Part shown: positions 1-9,128 of the stretch, one piece after another | Position numbering within the stretch: the stretch's first letter is position 1 | How the letters are laid out: each line of letters starts with the position of its first letter | Source: Puniceicoccales bacterium | GTDB taxonomy: Bacteria; Verrucomicrobiota; Verrucomicrobiia; Opitutales; UBA9783 | Length of the DNA stretch: 64,000 nt | Assembly (NCBI GenBank): GCA_031283895.1 | Contig: JAITAV010000004.1 | Span: forward strand, 426 to 64,425 | Direction: 5' to 3' | Translations under genes and position numbers: made by a program | Notes under the pieces: model-generated | The model's input: only the letters and a program-made list of their open reading frames with translations | Database searches by the model: none | Told to the model about the DNA's origin: nothing

Positions 1-295
1 TGGGTAAGGTAGCAAATACACTTGGTTTTAATAATAATTCAAAATGAGAACTCAGAGCTTCGCGTAAGGTCAATATCTGTTTTGTATCTGCATCCACAAT
101 AGTTTCTTCGCCAGACAATTGCGTTAAGGTAAGCAGTTTGTCAACAAATGTTGCATTATTTTGGGGATAAATAAATACAATATCACCCGGTTCAAATGTA
201 CAATTTTCATTGGGAACAGAAAGTACCACAAGGTAAACGCTTCTCTCATTTTCAACACCGGACAATAATTGCCTTTTTAATAAGACCGAGTGCAT
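1..295 (-). CDS. partial CDS (N-terminal part, continues past the left edge): CysJ-like FAD-binding flavoprotein domain
   Basis: My own reverse-strand translation from ATG 293-295 is open to position 1: MHSVLLKRQLLSGVENERSVYLVVLSVPNENCTFEPGDIVFIYPQNNATFVDKLLTLTQLSGEETIVDADTKQILTLREALSSHFELL. The 'Y/F-xPGD-x(5)-P-xN' and 'L-xEAL-xxHFEL' blocks are typical of sulfite-reductase / P450-reductase-type FAD-binding domains. It is absent from the ORF track because the window edge truncates it. Confidence 0.55.
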   Translation of the reverse strand, partial: MHSVLLKRQLLSGVENERSVYLVVLSVPNENCTFEPGDIVFIYPQNNATFVDKLLTLTQLSGEETIVDADTKQILTLREALSSHFELLLKPSVFATLP

Positions 296-420
296 TACAT
301 TGTCTGGGAATTTCATATTTATTATTTTTGTAATAAATGGCATTCTAGCCTACAAAGCGAGCAGAAAGTGCTTAAAAACGCCCCTTTTCGTTTGCGTGAT
401 CGCAAGCCTTTTACAACGCT

Positions 421-1419
421 TTACAGTATTTCACCAGTCCGTACAACTCCTCCTCGAAATACCTTTTCTCCCTGCCCACCCTTGAGTAGTCCTTGTTCAC
501 ACCTTATCCAAAACTCAAACTCCGTAGAACTTTTTAAAATCTGTTTTAAAAAATCTCCATCTATGGCAGGCCCTATATATTTGCAAAAATTCTTTAAAAG
601 TCCTAATGGATCGGCATTTCGATTCAATTTAAAGGTTTTATCAACCTGCTGTAAGTATTCAAATACGTGTTTGTAACGCGGGTAATCTATGGGGTCCCCT
701 TTACTGTGACTACGCCACTGGGAAAAAATCCATGGATTACGTATGGCTGCTCTTCCCAACATAGTCCCCCAACATCGAGTAAAACTTAAAACGTGCTTTA
801 TGTCGTCGAGTGTATTCATGTCTCCATTGGCAATGATGGGAATGGGTAGTTTTTCTACGGCACGTCGGACAAAGTCGTATCGGATTTGTCCTTCGTAGCG
901 ATCTTTTACGGTACGTGCATGAATGGTAATACAATCTACCTGCGCTTCGCATAAAATGTCCAAAATTTTTTCGAAATTCTCCGTATGTTCAAAACCAATT
1001 CGCATTTTTACACTCAAAGGCTTTGAGCAACCTGCCCGCAGTGAGCCAATTAATATTTTCAGAAGAGGCAAATTTCTTAACAATCCCCCACCCGTTTGCT
1101 TTTTGTAAATTTTTGGAACTGGACACCCTACGTTAAAATCGATGCCCGCAATGGGATACTTTTGTACAATTTCTGCATTTCTTAACAGAGCATTCGGATC
1201 ATTACCCATTAACTGTATCCACAGTGGACATTTGTCCGCATACGCCAAATTGTCTTCAATCTGGCGAGGATTGAGGGTAAAATTTTTGTGTACACGCACG
1301 AATTCGCTTACGTAAGCATCGGGAGCACCGTACTGATTGAGTATTTGCCAAAATGGACCCTGCGTTAAGTGACGCATGGGAGCTAATGCAATGCCATGCT
1401 GAGGGAAACTATGCGTCAT
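421..1419 (-). CDS. dus: tRNA-dihydrouridine synthase (Dus family)
   Basis: 332-aa ORF with ATG start. 'IALAPMRHLT', 'IDFNVGCPVPKIYKKQTGGGLL', 'SVKMRIG' and 'ITIHARTVKDRYEG' fit the Dus FMN TIM-barrel signature. Its ATG directly abuts the upstream gene's stop (1420). Confidence 0.9.
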   Translation of the reverse strand: MTHSFPQHGIALAPMRHLTQGPFWQILNQYGAPDAYVSEFVRVHKNFTLNPRQIEDNLAYADKCPLWIQLMGNDPNALLRNAEIVQKYPIAGIDFNVGCPVPKIYKKQTGGGLLRNLPLLKILIGSLRAGCSKPLSVKMRIGFEHTENFEKILDILCEAQVDCITIHARTVKDRYEGQIRYDFVRRAVEKLPIPIIANGDMNTLDDIKHVLSFTRCWGTMLGRAAIRNPWIFSQWRSHSKGDPIDYPRYKHVFEYLQQVDKTFKLNRNADPLGLLKNFCKYIGPAIDGDFLKQILKSSTEFEFWIRCEQGLLKGGQGEKVFRGGVVRTGEIL

Positions 1420-1857
1420 TTAATCTTTTATACAATTTTTCGTCCAATCCTTGGCATCCGGCAAATCTTGAAACAAACTCTGATCTACGAATAAGGGTTT
1501 TTTATGCGTTAATGCCAGTAAAATGGCGTCACTTGGCCTTGAATCCAATTCGACAATTTTAATAACCCCTTCACTCTTCTGCTTTAGCAAGACTCGAGCA
1601 AAAAATATGCCCTCTTTCATGCCTGTGATGACGATGCACTGCACCTCAATATCGAATCCAAAACATAAGTTGCGAATAAAATCGTACGTTAAAGGCCTCG
1701 TTACATTGCGGGCCTGTTGATAAGACGTAATTTGTTCTCCCATCAAAAGATCTACATAGATAACAAACGTCTTATCGTTATTCCCTAAAAATAAAGCAAC
1801 ACCCTTGGGAGTTGTAATAATATTTTTAATGATAACTTCTACAACTTCATTACGCAT
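1420..1857 (-). CDS. bifunctional nuclease family protein (BFN/DUF151)
   Basis: 'TRPLTYDFIRNL', 'IFFARVLL' and 'ELDSRPSDAILLAL' match the BFN domain pattern. The track ORF runs to 1926, but the in-frame ATG at 1857 (MRNEVVEV) gives the usual domain length. Confidence 0.8.
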   Translation of the reverse strand: MRNEVVEVIIKNIITTPKGVALFLGNNDKTFVIYVDLLMGEQITSYQQARNVTRPLTYDFIRNLCFGFDIEVQCIVITGMKEGIFFARVLLKQKSEGVIKIVELDSRPSDAILLALTHKKPLFVDQSLFQDLPDAKDWTKNCIKD

Positions 1858-2000
1858 GTTGTTATAAAATGACAGGATCTGAGATTTAGAAAATATTTTT
1901 TTTAAGAATAATACTTGTCGTATCATGTTTTACATTATAGGATTATTAACCTGTAGTTGTAGGCTAGAAATGTTTTTAACGTATACCTAACAAAGTTCCT

Positions 2001-3188
2001 ATGAAAATTGCTATTTTAACATCGGGAGGTTTGGCTCCTTGTCTTTCGGCGGCCGTAGGTGGATTCGTTCAACGTTATACCGAGCTTGATAAAAACGTTG
2101 AAATTATGACGTACTTGAATGGATATCAAGGACTTTTGCTGGGCCAATCGCGCATGATCACCGAACAAGCTCGTTCGGAAGCGTATCATTTGCTGAAATT
2201 TGGTGGCAGTCCTGTGGGCAACAGCCGTGTAAAGTTGTCTAACGTAAAAGATTGCGAAAAAAAAGGACTTATTCATGCGGGCCAAAATCCATTCGAGGTC
2301 GCTGCGCGTCAATTAATGAAAGATCAGGTTCATGTACTCCACACAATTGGTGGTGACGACACAAGTACAACCGCTGCCGAATTAGCCCATTTTTTGGCAC
2401 AAAATAATTATCCTCTGCATGTTGTTGGCCTGCCTAAAACAATTGATAACGACATTTTTCCGATTCGTCAAAGTCTCGGTGCAACGACTGCAGCCGAACA
2501 AGGCGCTATCTTTTTTGAAAACGTTGTTCACGAGCACAGTGCCAATTCGAACATGTTAATTATACATGAAATCATGGGACGCAACTGCGGATGGTTAACT
2601 TACGCGACCGCAGCGTGTTACACATCGAGATTAGTCCAAAAAACATTTGCTCCCGCTTTGGGATTTCCAAAAGAGAAATTTGAAATTCATGGCATTTACA
2701 TTCCAGAAATTGAATTTGACCTAGAACACGAGGTTAAACGATTAAAACCGTTATTTGATCGGCTGGGATGTTTAAATTTGTTCGTTAGCGAAGGTGCCTG
2801 CGTTACCGCTATCGTTAAGGAATTGGAAAAAAATGGTGAAAAAATTGCACGGGACGCGTTCGGCCATATAAAATTGGACCATATCAATGCAGGCAAATGG
2901 GTTGGAGAACAATTCTCAAAAGCTTTAGGTGCACAAAAAATGCTGGTACAAAAAAGTGGCTACTTCGCCCGTTCAGCCGCACCCAATGCATTTGATTTGC
3001 ATCTCATTCAATCGTGTGTGGATTTTGCGGTCGAATGTGCATTCAAAGGAATAAGTGGTTTGGTGGGACACGATGAAACACAACGCGATACTTTACGCTG
3101 CATCGAATTTGAAAAAGTGAAAGGTGGTAAGCTCTTGGATGTCAACAATTCCCATGTACAACAATTTCTACAATCTATTAACAAGTAA
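2001..3188 (+). CDS. pfp: pyrophosphate-dependent 6-phosphofructokinase
   Basis: 395 aa. 'KIAILTSGGLAPCLSAAVGG', 'TIGGDDTSTTAAEL', 'GLPKTIDNDI' and 'IMGRNCGWL' are PFK motifs. GGDD (Asp rather than Gly) and PKTIDND (Lys) are the residues associated with PPi rather than ATP use. Confidence 0.9.
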   Translation: MKIAILTSGGLAPCLSAAVGGFVQRYTELDKNVEIMTYLNGYQGLLLGQSRMITEQARSEAYHLLKFGGSPVGNSRVKLSNVKDCEKKGLIHAGQNPFEVAARQLMKDQVHVLHTIGGDDTSTTAAELAHFLAQNNYPLHVVGLPKTIDNDIFPIRQSLGATTAAEQGAIFFENVVHEHSANSNMLIIHEIMGRNCGWLTYATAACYTSRLVQKTFAPALGFPKEKFEIHGIYIPEIEFDLEHEVKRLKPLFDRLGCLNLFVSEGACVTAIVKELEKNGEKIARDAFGHIKLDHINAGKWVGEQFSKALGAQKMLVQKSGYFARSAAPNAFDLHLIQSCVDFAVECAFKGISGLVGHDETQRDTLRCIEFEKVKGGKLLDVNNSHVQQFLQSINK

Positions 3189-3226
3189 AACAGGTTTTTG
3201 CAGTTGATTATTAGGTGTTGCATTCA

Positions 3227-3853
3227 ATGTTTCGTAACATCTATTCATACATAAATGAGAGCACCTCTAATGACACACTTTTGTCACTAAAACATTTAAA
3301 ACTCGACAGATCAAATAAAGAATTTAACAATTTATGTTTGTTAGACGTGAGACAGGCTTTTCGAAAAAGTATAAAGATTGTCCTCTTGAACGATACTCAT
3401 GAACTGCTGCTAATTTTTACGGAAAATCCTGCGATTACATCCATTGACAACGTTTACGGAGGTGGATTTTGGCAACTCGTTGGAGGTGGAATAGAAGATG
3501 GTGAAACATTGGAGCAAGCTGCCGCAAGGGAATTATTTGAAGAGACAGGCTTAACGCGCAACGAAGTTATCTTTGGCAACATCATTTGGGAAGGGCAATG
3601 CGATCTTAAGATGTACGGTACAGTAACACGTATAAAACAACAATTTGTCATGGCCCGGACCTCTCAAAGGGTCACTTCATTGCAAAATTTAACGCAAGCA
3701 GAAAAGCAAGTGATTAAAAAATTGCAATGGTTTTCACTGGATCAAATAAAAAATAGTTCGGAAATCATATACCCCACAACGCTTCCAGAATATTTAGAAG
3801 CAATTATACGGGGCCGTATACCCCCTATGCCCATAAAAATAAACCTATCATAG
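3227..3853 (+). CDS. NUDIX hydrolase with N-terminal extension
   Basis: Nudix box 'GGGIEDGETLEQAAARELFEETGL'. The track start at 3215 is GTG and the first in-frame ATG is 3227. Substrate unknown. Confidence 0.8.
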   Translation: MFRNIYSYINESTSNDTLLSLKHLKLDRSNKEFNNLCLLDVRQAFRKSIKIVLLNDTHELLLIFTENPAITSIDNVYGGGFWQLVGGGIEDGETLEQAAARELFEETGLTRNEVIFGNIIWEGQCDLKMYGTVTRIKQQFVMARTSQRVTSLQNLTQAEKQVIKKLQWFSLDQIKNSSEIIYPTTLPEYLEAIIRGRIPPMPIKINLS

Positions 3854-3951
3854 AAGGGTTCGAAGCAGGAAACAACCCTACAAGAGGTGGTTTTTGCTTT
3901 TTAAAAGTTGTGCTGTATCATCCGGTACCGTTTTACGATATAAGGGGTGTA

Positions 3952-4887
3952 TTAATCTACTTCTCTGGTTGAGAATAGGTTAACGTTCGACAAAATTTGC
4001 TTAAAAAGTTCTTCATCGTAGATCCATTGTCTAAAAAAATTGCGACACGCTATATGCACGCGTTCCAGTTGCTGCCATAGGGTAGTACACATCCATACTA
4101 TGCGTTTGGAATCTGCATCGATATTGCAATGATCCAATATTTTTAAAATTTCATTCCATGGGTCCGGAAGTTCTTGCTGACATCGATACCAAGGCTCAAA
4201 ATATTGAAGCCAATTTACTTGCTGAAGGAATAAAAATCCCCGTGATGGGTGATGACTTTCAACAAAAAGCTTTTTAAATTCATCAAACACTTTTCGACGA
4301 CTTAAGTTTTCCGGTGACATTTTTTGGCACATACTGCGTGTGTGTGGATGTAATTTTAAATGAAATCGACCGGTAAATTGCATACCTCGCAACACTCTCA
4401 AAGGATCCTCAAAAAAATGAGAGGAAACGTGTTTTAAAATACCTGCTTGCAAATCGTTTTTACCTCGAAAAGGATCCCATAGTACACCCGACGTTAAATC
4501 AATCCCCATAGAATTGATGGTAAAATCTCTTCGTTGAGCCGCTTCTGCGTAGGTAATGAAAGGTGCAAGTTGTACTTCGAATGCCGTATGTTTGTGGCCC
4601 GTTACCCATTCGATCCGTGGAATACTAACATCGATGCGATATGAAGTAAGCTTAAGTACACCAAATTTGTAACCCGATAAATCGATTTCGCCAAAGCGGC
4701 GCTTCAAAATATCCCGTACTTTCCCCAGGGCTAATCCGAAAACTTCGATATCAAAATCTTGGATGTTCCTGTTTAATAAAATATCACGAACGCATCCTCC
4801 CACCAAGATTGCTTTGCCACCTGCTTCTTGAACACACTTGATCAAATACCTACAATACTCGGGAATTTCAAAATTAGGTAGGGTCAT
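3952..4887 (-). CDS. cca: tRNA nucleotidyltransferase / poly(A) polymerase family (CCA-adding type), short form
   Basis: 'GGKAILVGGCVRDILLNRNIQDFDIEVFG', 'RRDFTINSM' and 'EDPLRVLRGMQF' are the class II nucleotidyltransferase head motifs. The track start 4914 is TTG; ATG at 4887 gives a 14-nt overlap with the upstream gene. At about 311 aa it is short for a full CCA enzyme. Confidence 0.8.
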   Translation of the reverse strand: MTLPNFEIPEYCRYLIKCVQEAGGKAILVGGCVRDILLNRNIQDFDIEVFGLALGKVRDILKRRFGEIDLSGYKFGVLKLTSYRIDVSIPRIEWVTGHKHTAFEVQLAPFITYAEAAQRRDFTINSMGIDLTSGVLWDPFRGKNDLQAGILKHVSSHFFEDPLRVLRGMQFTGRFHLKLHPHTRSMCQKMSPENLSRRKVFDEFKKLFVESHHPSRGFLFLQQVNWLQYFEPWYRCQQELPDPWNEILKILDHCNIDADSKRIVWMCTTLWQQLERVHIACRNFFRQWIYDEELFKQILSNVNLFSTREVD

Positions 4888-5506
4888 TCTCGGTGGAGAA
4901 AAAGTAAGATTCAAGCATTAAACATAGGCAATGATAGACCGGCAAATGTAACTCTTGGACTTTAAAAGTTTCTGTTTCTGGCACACAAATACAAACATCA
5001 CAAAGATTTTTCATTTGTCCGCCGCTTTCACCTGTTAATCCCAAAATGGTCATTTTTTTTACGCGTGCAACTTCCGCAGCCCGCAAAATATTTTTTGAAT
5101 CACCCGAAGTACTCAAACACCACAATGCATCTTGCTCTTGCCCTAAACCCCATACCAATTGAGCAAAATACCATTCGGGACTGCAATCATTGCAGAAAGC
5201 GGAAATAATGCCCGTTAAATTGGGCAACGGAATTACAGGTAAAGCGTGTTGCAGATTTTTCATTGCATCTGCGGACAAAGAGGATGTAAACCGTTTAGAT
5301 AAGCATTTAGGACCTGCAAAGCTTTTTAAAAGTTCACCTGCAATGTGATCGGCGTCGGAAGCGCTCCCTCCGTTACCGGCCAGTAATACTTTCCCTTTTT
5401 GCCTAAAGCAAAAACATAACAGAGTAAAAGCCGATTGAATATGCAATTTACAAGGCATTAATTGAGGGTAACGCCGCAACAAAACATCTAAATGTTTACT
5501 TTGCAT
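4874..5506 (-). CDS. SIS-domain protein (phosphoheptose isomerase GmhA / DiaA family)
   Basis: 'GKVLLAGNGGSASDADHIAGEL' and 'LSTSGDSKNILRAAEVA' form the SIS sugar-isomerase signature. ATG at 5506 (MQSKHLD) overlaps the trxA 3' end by 11 nt. The longer track ORF (to 5563) starts at TTG. Confidence 0.75.
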   Translation of the reverse strand: MQSKHLDVLLRRYPQLMPCKLHIQSAFTLLCFCFRQKGKVLLAGNGGSASDADHIAGELLKSFAGPKCLSKRFTSSLSADAMKNLQHALPVIPLPNLTGIISAFCNDCSPEWYFAQLVWGLGQEQDALWCLSTSGDSKNILRAAEVARVKKMTILGLTGESGGQMKNLCDVCICVPETETFKVQELHLPVYHCLCLMLESYFFSTENDPT

Positions 5507-5828
5507 GTGCCTCAATTTTAGCCACAAGTTCTTCTTCCGATAATAGTCCAACATGCATATCAACTACTTGCCCATTTTTTATAAAAATAAGCGTTGGAAT
5601 ACTGCGAACATTGTAACGTGCGGAGAAATTTTGCGCATTTTCACCGTCAACGTTCATTTTTCCCATTTTAACTTTTGTCCCTATTTTTTTAGCCACCGCA
5701 TCCAAAATAGGTGCCAAAGCGCGACAAGGACCACACCACGGCGCCCAAAAATCTATTAAGACGAGACCTTTTTGACGCGTAAAGTCGTCGAAGTTATCTT
5801 TTGTTAGTTCTGTCGTAGTTTCCGTCAT
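5496..5828 (-). CDS. trxA: thioredoxin
   Basis: 'FWAPWCGPCRALAP' contains the WCGPC active site. About 110 aa from ATG 5828 (MTETTTELTKDNF). The 149-aa track ORF has an implausible N-terminal extension. Confidence 0.92.
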   Translation of the reverse strand: MTETTTELTKDNFDDFTRQKGLVLIDFWAPWCGPCRALAPILDAVAKKIGTKVKMGKMNVDGENAQNFSARYNVRSIPTLIFIKNGQVVDMHVGLLSEEELVAKIEAHAK

Positions 5829-6144
5829 AATTTTCTCTCGTAAAGTATAAATTTCCCTTCCTTGCCGAATAATTGCTTTGCTATTTTGAGATTCAAAATC
5901 AACTTTGCCAGAAATATGCATCAACACGATAAACCATACCATCACCCCTCCCTCATTTTCTCAAAAACGTCAAAATAATACCGTCAAGCAGACATTTTTA
6001 AAGCAAGGCTATTTATATTCTAGCCTTACGGCAACCCTTAATTTTTACAACGTAACCCAAAATCTCGCACGAAAAATGCTTGTATTACCACAAGGAGAAA
6101 ACCTTGCGTTCGTTTTCCTCGTATCTTATCATTAAAATCGTACC

Positions 6145-7110
6145 ATGTCATCGAGATTTCTGTCATCGTTGATGAACAAAAGCTTCATTCGGGGAATGGG
6201 TGTTTTCCCTTTTACGCAGGGAATTTGTTCACCACTTCCTTCGCCGATTACCCATTCTTTAAATTTTTCAGAACAAATAAGAGACACCCATGATCACTCC
6301 TATATTTTACGCGTTGCGAGCCCGCAAGATGCGGTTTTAATTAAAGAAGTTTTGTACGCCTACGGACACAGTAAGTCCAATTACAAAAATCTAGAATTTT
6401 TTCCCGAGGATAAACTTGCAACCATTATCCATAACATGACGCATTGCCTGGAACATGGCTACTTTATTACCTTTGTCATCACGGTGAAAGATTTTCCAAC
6501 GGAAAGGCCCATTGGCTTTTTACAAATAGATCCGTATAATTTACAAACCATTGATAAGATTTTTAACGATATTCTGTTTCCACAATGGAATAACTTTCTA
6601 ACGCATCCACTTCAGGAAGAACATTTATGTGCAGATGATGTACACGCTCTTACAGCATGGTTAAACGAACACACAAAAGAGGACTGTATACGAGAATACT
6701 TTTCGCACATAAAGGGAGCGTGTTGCAAATCTTTAGAAAAAATACCAGCACGTTGGAAAAATTTTATTATTGAAAGCTTCCGTTGCTTGTATGCATTAAA
6801 AAAACATTTATCCTCTGATCAATTTGTAGCCAACGTATCCTACGGACTTCTCCCGCAATTCCAAATGCAGGGAATCATGTCACAAGCGTGGCACAAGGTC
6901 ATACAAAAACTCCAAGAGACACCCATCAAAATTCTGTTTTCGGATCGCATAGCGCTTAAAAATCGAGCTTCTTTGCATCTGCTGCGAAAACTAAATTTTA
7001 AGACAAGTGCCCTTTATCAAATGTATTATTCTCAAGATTATCATACTCGTTGCCATCCTCAAGGCATGTTTCCCGAGCTTTGCGTGGCACTTACATATAA
7101 CTTAGGTTAA
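6145..7110 (+). CDS. GNAT-like N-acetyltransferase fold protein with a large internal insertion (tentative)
   Basis: The N-terminal part 'YILRVASPQDAVLIKEVLYAY...PIGFLQID' and the C-terminal part 'VSYGLLPQFQMQGIMSQAWHKVIQKL...ILFSDRIALKNRASLHLLRKLNFK' resemble GNAT beta-strands, the Q/RxxGxG/A acetyl-CoA loop and the '..N..S..l..k.GF' tail. About 90 aa are inserted between them. No family-level identification. Confidence 0.4.
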   Translation: MSSRFLSSLMNKSFIRGMGVFPFTQGICSPLPSPITHSLNFSEQIRDTHDHSYILRVASPQDAVLIKEVLYAYGHSKSNYKNLEFFPEDKLATIIHNMTHCLEHGYFITFVITVKDFPTERPIGFLQIDPYNLQTIDKIFNDILFPQWNNFLTHPLQEEHLCADDVHALTAWLNEHTKEDCIREYFSHIKGACCKSLEKIPARWKNFIIESFRCLYALKKHLSSDQFVANVSYGLLPQFQMQGIMSQAWHKVIQKLQETPIKILFSDRIALKNRASLHLLRKLNFKTSALYQMYYSQDYHTRCHPQGMFPELCVALTYNLG

Positions 7111-7216
7111 TTAGAGCCACATCGATACACGTCTTTAGTCTCATATTTATGTGTAATCTTGGTTTACGTCTCAAATTATTTAAATTCCATATGTGTTTGT
7201 TGTGGCATTGTCATAA

Positions 7217-7607
7217 ATTGGAGGCGAAAGCATGGAAGACCGCATTGACATGTTTTTGTCGACTAGAAAACTGAATATTCAATCGGTCCCCGTCAATTTG
7301 CCCAATCCTATCCCGGGAACCCCTTATGCGCATAACAAGATTTTAGCAAATGATGAGATGTGCCGCATTATTGCCCTAGCGCGGTTTTTGCTTCCCAAAA
7401 CCTCCATTCGTATGGCAGGCGGCCGCCGGTTATTACCCGATAATGGCAGGCAATGTTTTTTATCAGGTGCCAATGCAGCTGTTTCTGGAAATGTGCCTAA
7501 CGACGCGGAGTACAGCGATCGAGCAAAATGTCAAATCGTTGACCGAATTGGGATTCACCATCGCATTAAAAATATTTATATCGGGGCTCGCAAGTAATAT
7601 GATTTAA
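7217..7607 (+). pseudogene. bioB: biotin synthase (BioB)-family radical-SAM remnant: C-terminal third only, frameshifted
   Basis: Track ORF 7232-7597 reads 'EDRIDMF...IQSVPVNLPNPIPGTPYA...IIALARFLLPKTSIRMAGGR...CFLSGANAAVSG', collinear with the BioB C-terminal region. In-frame codons just upstream read IGGES (GxGE motif) after a stop at 7214. The expected '..LTT.......d...l..lGF' tail appears only in the +1 frame from about 7482 (FLEMCLTTRSTAIEQNVKSLTELGFTI, stop 7605-7607). The CxxxCxxC radical-SAM core is absent; only about 120 nt separate it from the preceding gene. Confidence 0.7.
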
Positions 7608-8160
7608 ACAGTAGCAACCCACTTAGGGTTACGATGTGCTGAAAAGCATTTTCTTTGATCATTGTATCCAAATGGGATAAAGGTATCAAACGTGTTGCCA
7701 AATCTTCCGATGGATCAAAATGCGTATCGTAAAGCTTCTTGCAGTGTTTAAACAGGAAAAAGTAAACACGATTCGTTTGCATGGCTGGATTAGGATAATA
7801 ACGTCCCAGCAAAGATACTTGTTCACTCGCGTATCCCGTTTCCTCTTTTAATTCACGCAGAGCACCTTGCTGAGGATCTTCATTGGGTTCTATACCGCCT
7901 CCGGGCAACTCTAACGTTAAGTTGTTACTCCCTACCCTAAATTGGCTCACCATTACAATTTCTTGGTTATCCGTTAATGCGATGCTTTGCACCCAATCCT
8001 TACAATCGATCAACCAAAAATTTTGTGATCGCCCATCCGGGTGCCTGCCTGCCTTTTTAAGTAACCGTGCTCCTTCTTGGATGTTGCAAAGTGTTTCTTC
8101 AGGCCCTAACTGCCACAAAGGTGGGGTGTTTTCTTGAAAAAACGCCCCATCACTATTCAT
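7576..8160 (-). CDS. NUDIX hydrolase (ADP-ribose pyrophosphatase-like)
   Basis: Nudix box 'GGGIEPNEDPQQGALRELKEETGY' and 194 aa. Overlaps the upstream metallopeptidase gene by 8 nt. Confidence 0.85.
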   Translation of the reverse strand: MNSDGAFFQENTPPLWQLGPEETLCNIQEGARLLKKAGRHPDGRSQNFWLIDCKDWVQSIALTDNQEIVMVSQFRVGSNNLTLELPGGGIEPNEDPQQGALRELKEETGYASEQVSLLGRYYPNPAMQTNRVYFFLFKHCKKLYDTHFDPSEDLATRLIPLSHLDTMIKENAFQHIVTLSGLLLFKSYYLRAPI

Positions 8161-8830
8161 CTCGACCTCGAGATGTCAGTAGCAGATAATAAATTAAATT
8201 ACCTAAAGAAGCCACAAAGGCTGCGACATAAGTTAAAGCTGCTGCATTTAAGGTTTCACAAACACCGCGAGATTCTTGCTTATTAACAATGGCTAAATTG
8301 ACTAAAATTTTTTTTGCTCGAGCGCTTGCATCGAATTCAACGGGTAAAGTAACCAACTGAAACAGGGTGAGTAACATGTAAATCCAAACGGCTACCTTTA
8401 TTAAACCAAAAAAGTTCAACACAAAGCCTCCCAAAATCACAAATGGCAATATTTGGCATGCGACGTTGGTAACGGGAACCAAAGCAGAGCGCCACTGCAA
8501 AGGAGCATAAGCCTGTTTGTGTTGAATGGCATGTCCCGCTTCGTGAGCCGCAACCCCCAAAGCCGCTAAAGACGTCCCATAGTAATTTTCTTCACTTAGG
8601 GCCAAACGCTTGCTCAATGGATCGTAATGATCCGTTAACTTTCCACGAGTGCTTACAATTGAAACATCCGTAATACCCGCTTGCTGCATGACCGCTTCCG
8701 CCGCTTCTGCTCCCGTTATGCCACCTGAAGATTTTACTTTAGACCAATAACTATATTTAGATTGAATTTGAATTTGCGCCCATAATCCCAAGAATAATGG
8801 ACAAAGGATCAAAATTATATACATTGTCAT
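8153..8830 (-). CDS. membrane zinc metallopeptidase (YugP-like neutral zinc peptidase family)
   Basis: 'HEAGHAIQH' HExxH motif, 'LTDHYDP', an N-terminal TM and two C-terminal TMs. The track start 8884 is TTG; in-frame ATGs lie at 8830 and 8824. Confidence 0.8.
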   Translation of the reverse strand: MTMYIILILCPLFLGLWAQIQIQSKYSYWSKVKSSGGITGAEAAEAVMQQAGITDVSIVSTRGKLTDHYDPLSKRLALSEENYYGTSLAALGVAAHEAGHAIQHKQAYAPLQWRSALVPVTNVACQILPFVILGGFVLNFFGLIKVAVWIYMLLTLFQLVTLPVEFDASARAKKILVNLAIVNKQESRGVCETLNAAALTYVAAFVASLGNLIYYLLLTSRGRDE

Positions 8831-9128
8831 AAAAACCTCCAATAAAATGTGACAACGATAACATATACGATTACAAAAAATCAAGCGAAAGTTTGAAAAG
8901 CATTTATTTTTTACATGAAATGCGTATCACGCTCATTTTATGGTCGTGCGATGTAATACAACATTGAAATGCGGACAACACCTTATTCCCTATTATCACT
9001 ACTCCTTTTTCACGCTGCACAAGAACTGAATTGGGTACTCCTCATAGCATAATACTACACGGAGGATTACAATTTTACGGTCGAAAGTGCTAGAATAGCT
9101 TGAGGTGTCCATCATAAGTTCCGAGAAC

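Noticed and set aside
3854-3951. Imperfect hairpin (aagcaggaaacaaccc ... gggtggtttttgctt) with T-run in the convergent gap between the NUDIX and cca genes.
   Set aside because: The stem needs several mismatches or bulges. It is a possible bidirectional terminator but too weak to annotate.
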